From Paracoccus versutus (GTDB lineage Bacteria > Pseudomonadota > Alphaproteobacteria > Rhodobacterales > Rhodobacteraceae): a DNA stretch of 24,000 nt. The stretch's first letter is position 1; every line of letters begins with the position of its first letter. Below the pieces are notes generated by a model that saw only the letters and a list, made by a program, of their open reading frames with translations, was not told the DNA's origin and did not search any database. Both the position numbers and the translations under genes were made by a program. The stretch lies in the NCBI RefSeq assembly GCF_000763885.1, contig NZ_JRKO01000020.1:24602-48601 (forward strand), in the 5' to 3' direction. Below, in pieces: positions 23,554-24,000 of the stretch.

Positions 23554-23973
23554 TCATGCGTCCGGGATGACGGCGGTGGCCTCGATCTCGACCACCCATT
23601 CGGGCCGGGCCAGCGCCGGAACCACGATCCCGGTCGAGCAGGGATGCACGCCCTGCAGGTGCCGGCCCATTTCCTGATAGACCGCCTCGCGATAGCGGAT
23701 GTCGGTCACATAGACGACGATGCGGCAGATATGCTCCATCCGCGATCCCGCTTCTTCCAGCAGCATCCGAATGTTTTCCATGGTCTTGCGGGTCTGCATC
23801 GCCGGGTCGCCGACATGCAGGCATTCGCGGGTCTCCAGGTCCTGCGAAACCTGGCCGCGCAGGAAGACCATGGTGCCGCGGGCGACGACGCCCTGGCTCA
23901 GGTCGTTGTCCAGCTTCTGCTCGGGATAGGTCTCCCTGGTGTTGAAGGGGCGGATGCGGTGATGGATGGTCAT
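23554..23973 (-). CDS. Rid (YjgF/YER057c/UK114) family protein
   Basis: ..VFLRGQVSQD.., ..QTRKTMENIRMLLEEAGSRMEHICRIVVYVTD.. and C-terminal ..VVEIEATAV.. are typical of the family. GGAG lies upstream of ATG 23973. A TGA at 23992-23994 on the - strand suggests another gene ends just upstream, so the operon probably continues off-window. Confidence 0.8.
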   Translation of the reverse strand: MTIHHRIRPFNTRETYPEQKLDNDLSQGVVARGTMVFLRGQVSQDLETRECLHVGDPAMQTRKTMENIRMLLEEAGSRMEHICRIVVYVTDIRYREAVYQEMGRHLQGVHPCSTGIVVPALARPEWVVEIEATAVIPDA

Positions 23974-24000
23974 GGTTTCTGCTCCGGTCGGTCAGTGTTT

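Noticed and set aside
1-24000. Looked for mobile-element or genomic-island hallmarks: integrase or transposase genes, tRNA targets, long terminal inverted repeats, and compositional breaks
   Set aside because: I found none. Composition looks uniform apart from the short AT-rich paa promoter region (about 13295-13380). The module boundaries are ordinary convergent or divergent intergenic regions with hairpins.

Overview
This is a high-GC proteobacterial chromosome segment. Gene content looks like a Rhodobacterales-type alphaproteobacterium, but that is a guess I cannot verify here. I saw no rRNA, tRNA, CRISPR array, transposase or integrase. The window has four blocks. (1) 1-5125: a methylcitrate-cycle operon on the + strand (hotdog thioesterase, prpD, prpC, prpB). 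Its divergent ScfR/PrpR-type XRE regulator runs off the left edge, so it is missing from the ORF track. (2) 5256-16725, all on the - strand: a phenylacetate block. It holds a penicillin-G-acylase homologue, paaX, then thiolase-paaA-B-C-D-E, an extra PaaA-like ferritin-fold gene, and paaZ. paaF/G/H/I/K are not in this window. (3) 16966-19294 (+): small accessory genes. These are a secreted DUF6152-like protein with a 4-TM partner, a RibF-like FAD synthetase with a degenerate kinase half, and an orphan HutD/Ves-like gene. (4) 19326-24000 (-): an uncharacterised co-directional module of Rid-family protein, DUF1028 Ntn-hydrolase-like protein, ArgE-like M20 hydrolase, a full-length LysR regulator, and a 389-aa fusion protein. 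In the fusion, a flavin-reductase domain sits where a LysR-type effector domain would normally carry its DNA-binding domain. That fusion and its paralogous LTTR neighbour are the most unusual thing I can see. The third PaaA/PaaC-family gene and the DUF6152/4-TM pair come next. Many long ORFs in the track (up to about 900 aa) are Arg/Gly/Ala/Pro-rich antisense shadows of real genes, as expected at this GC content. All family calls rest on by-eye motif recognition; nothing was searched or computed.
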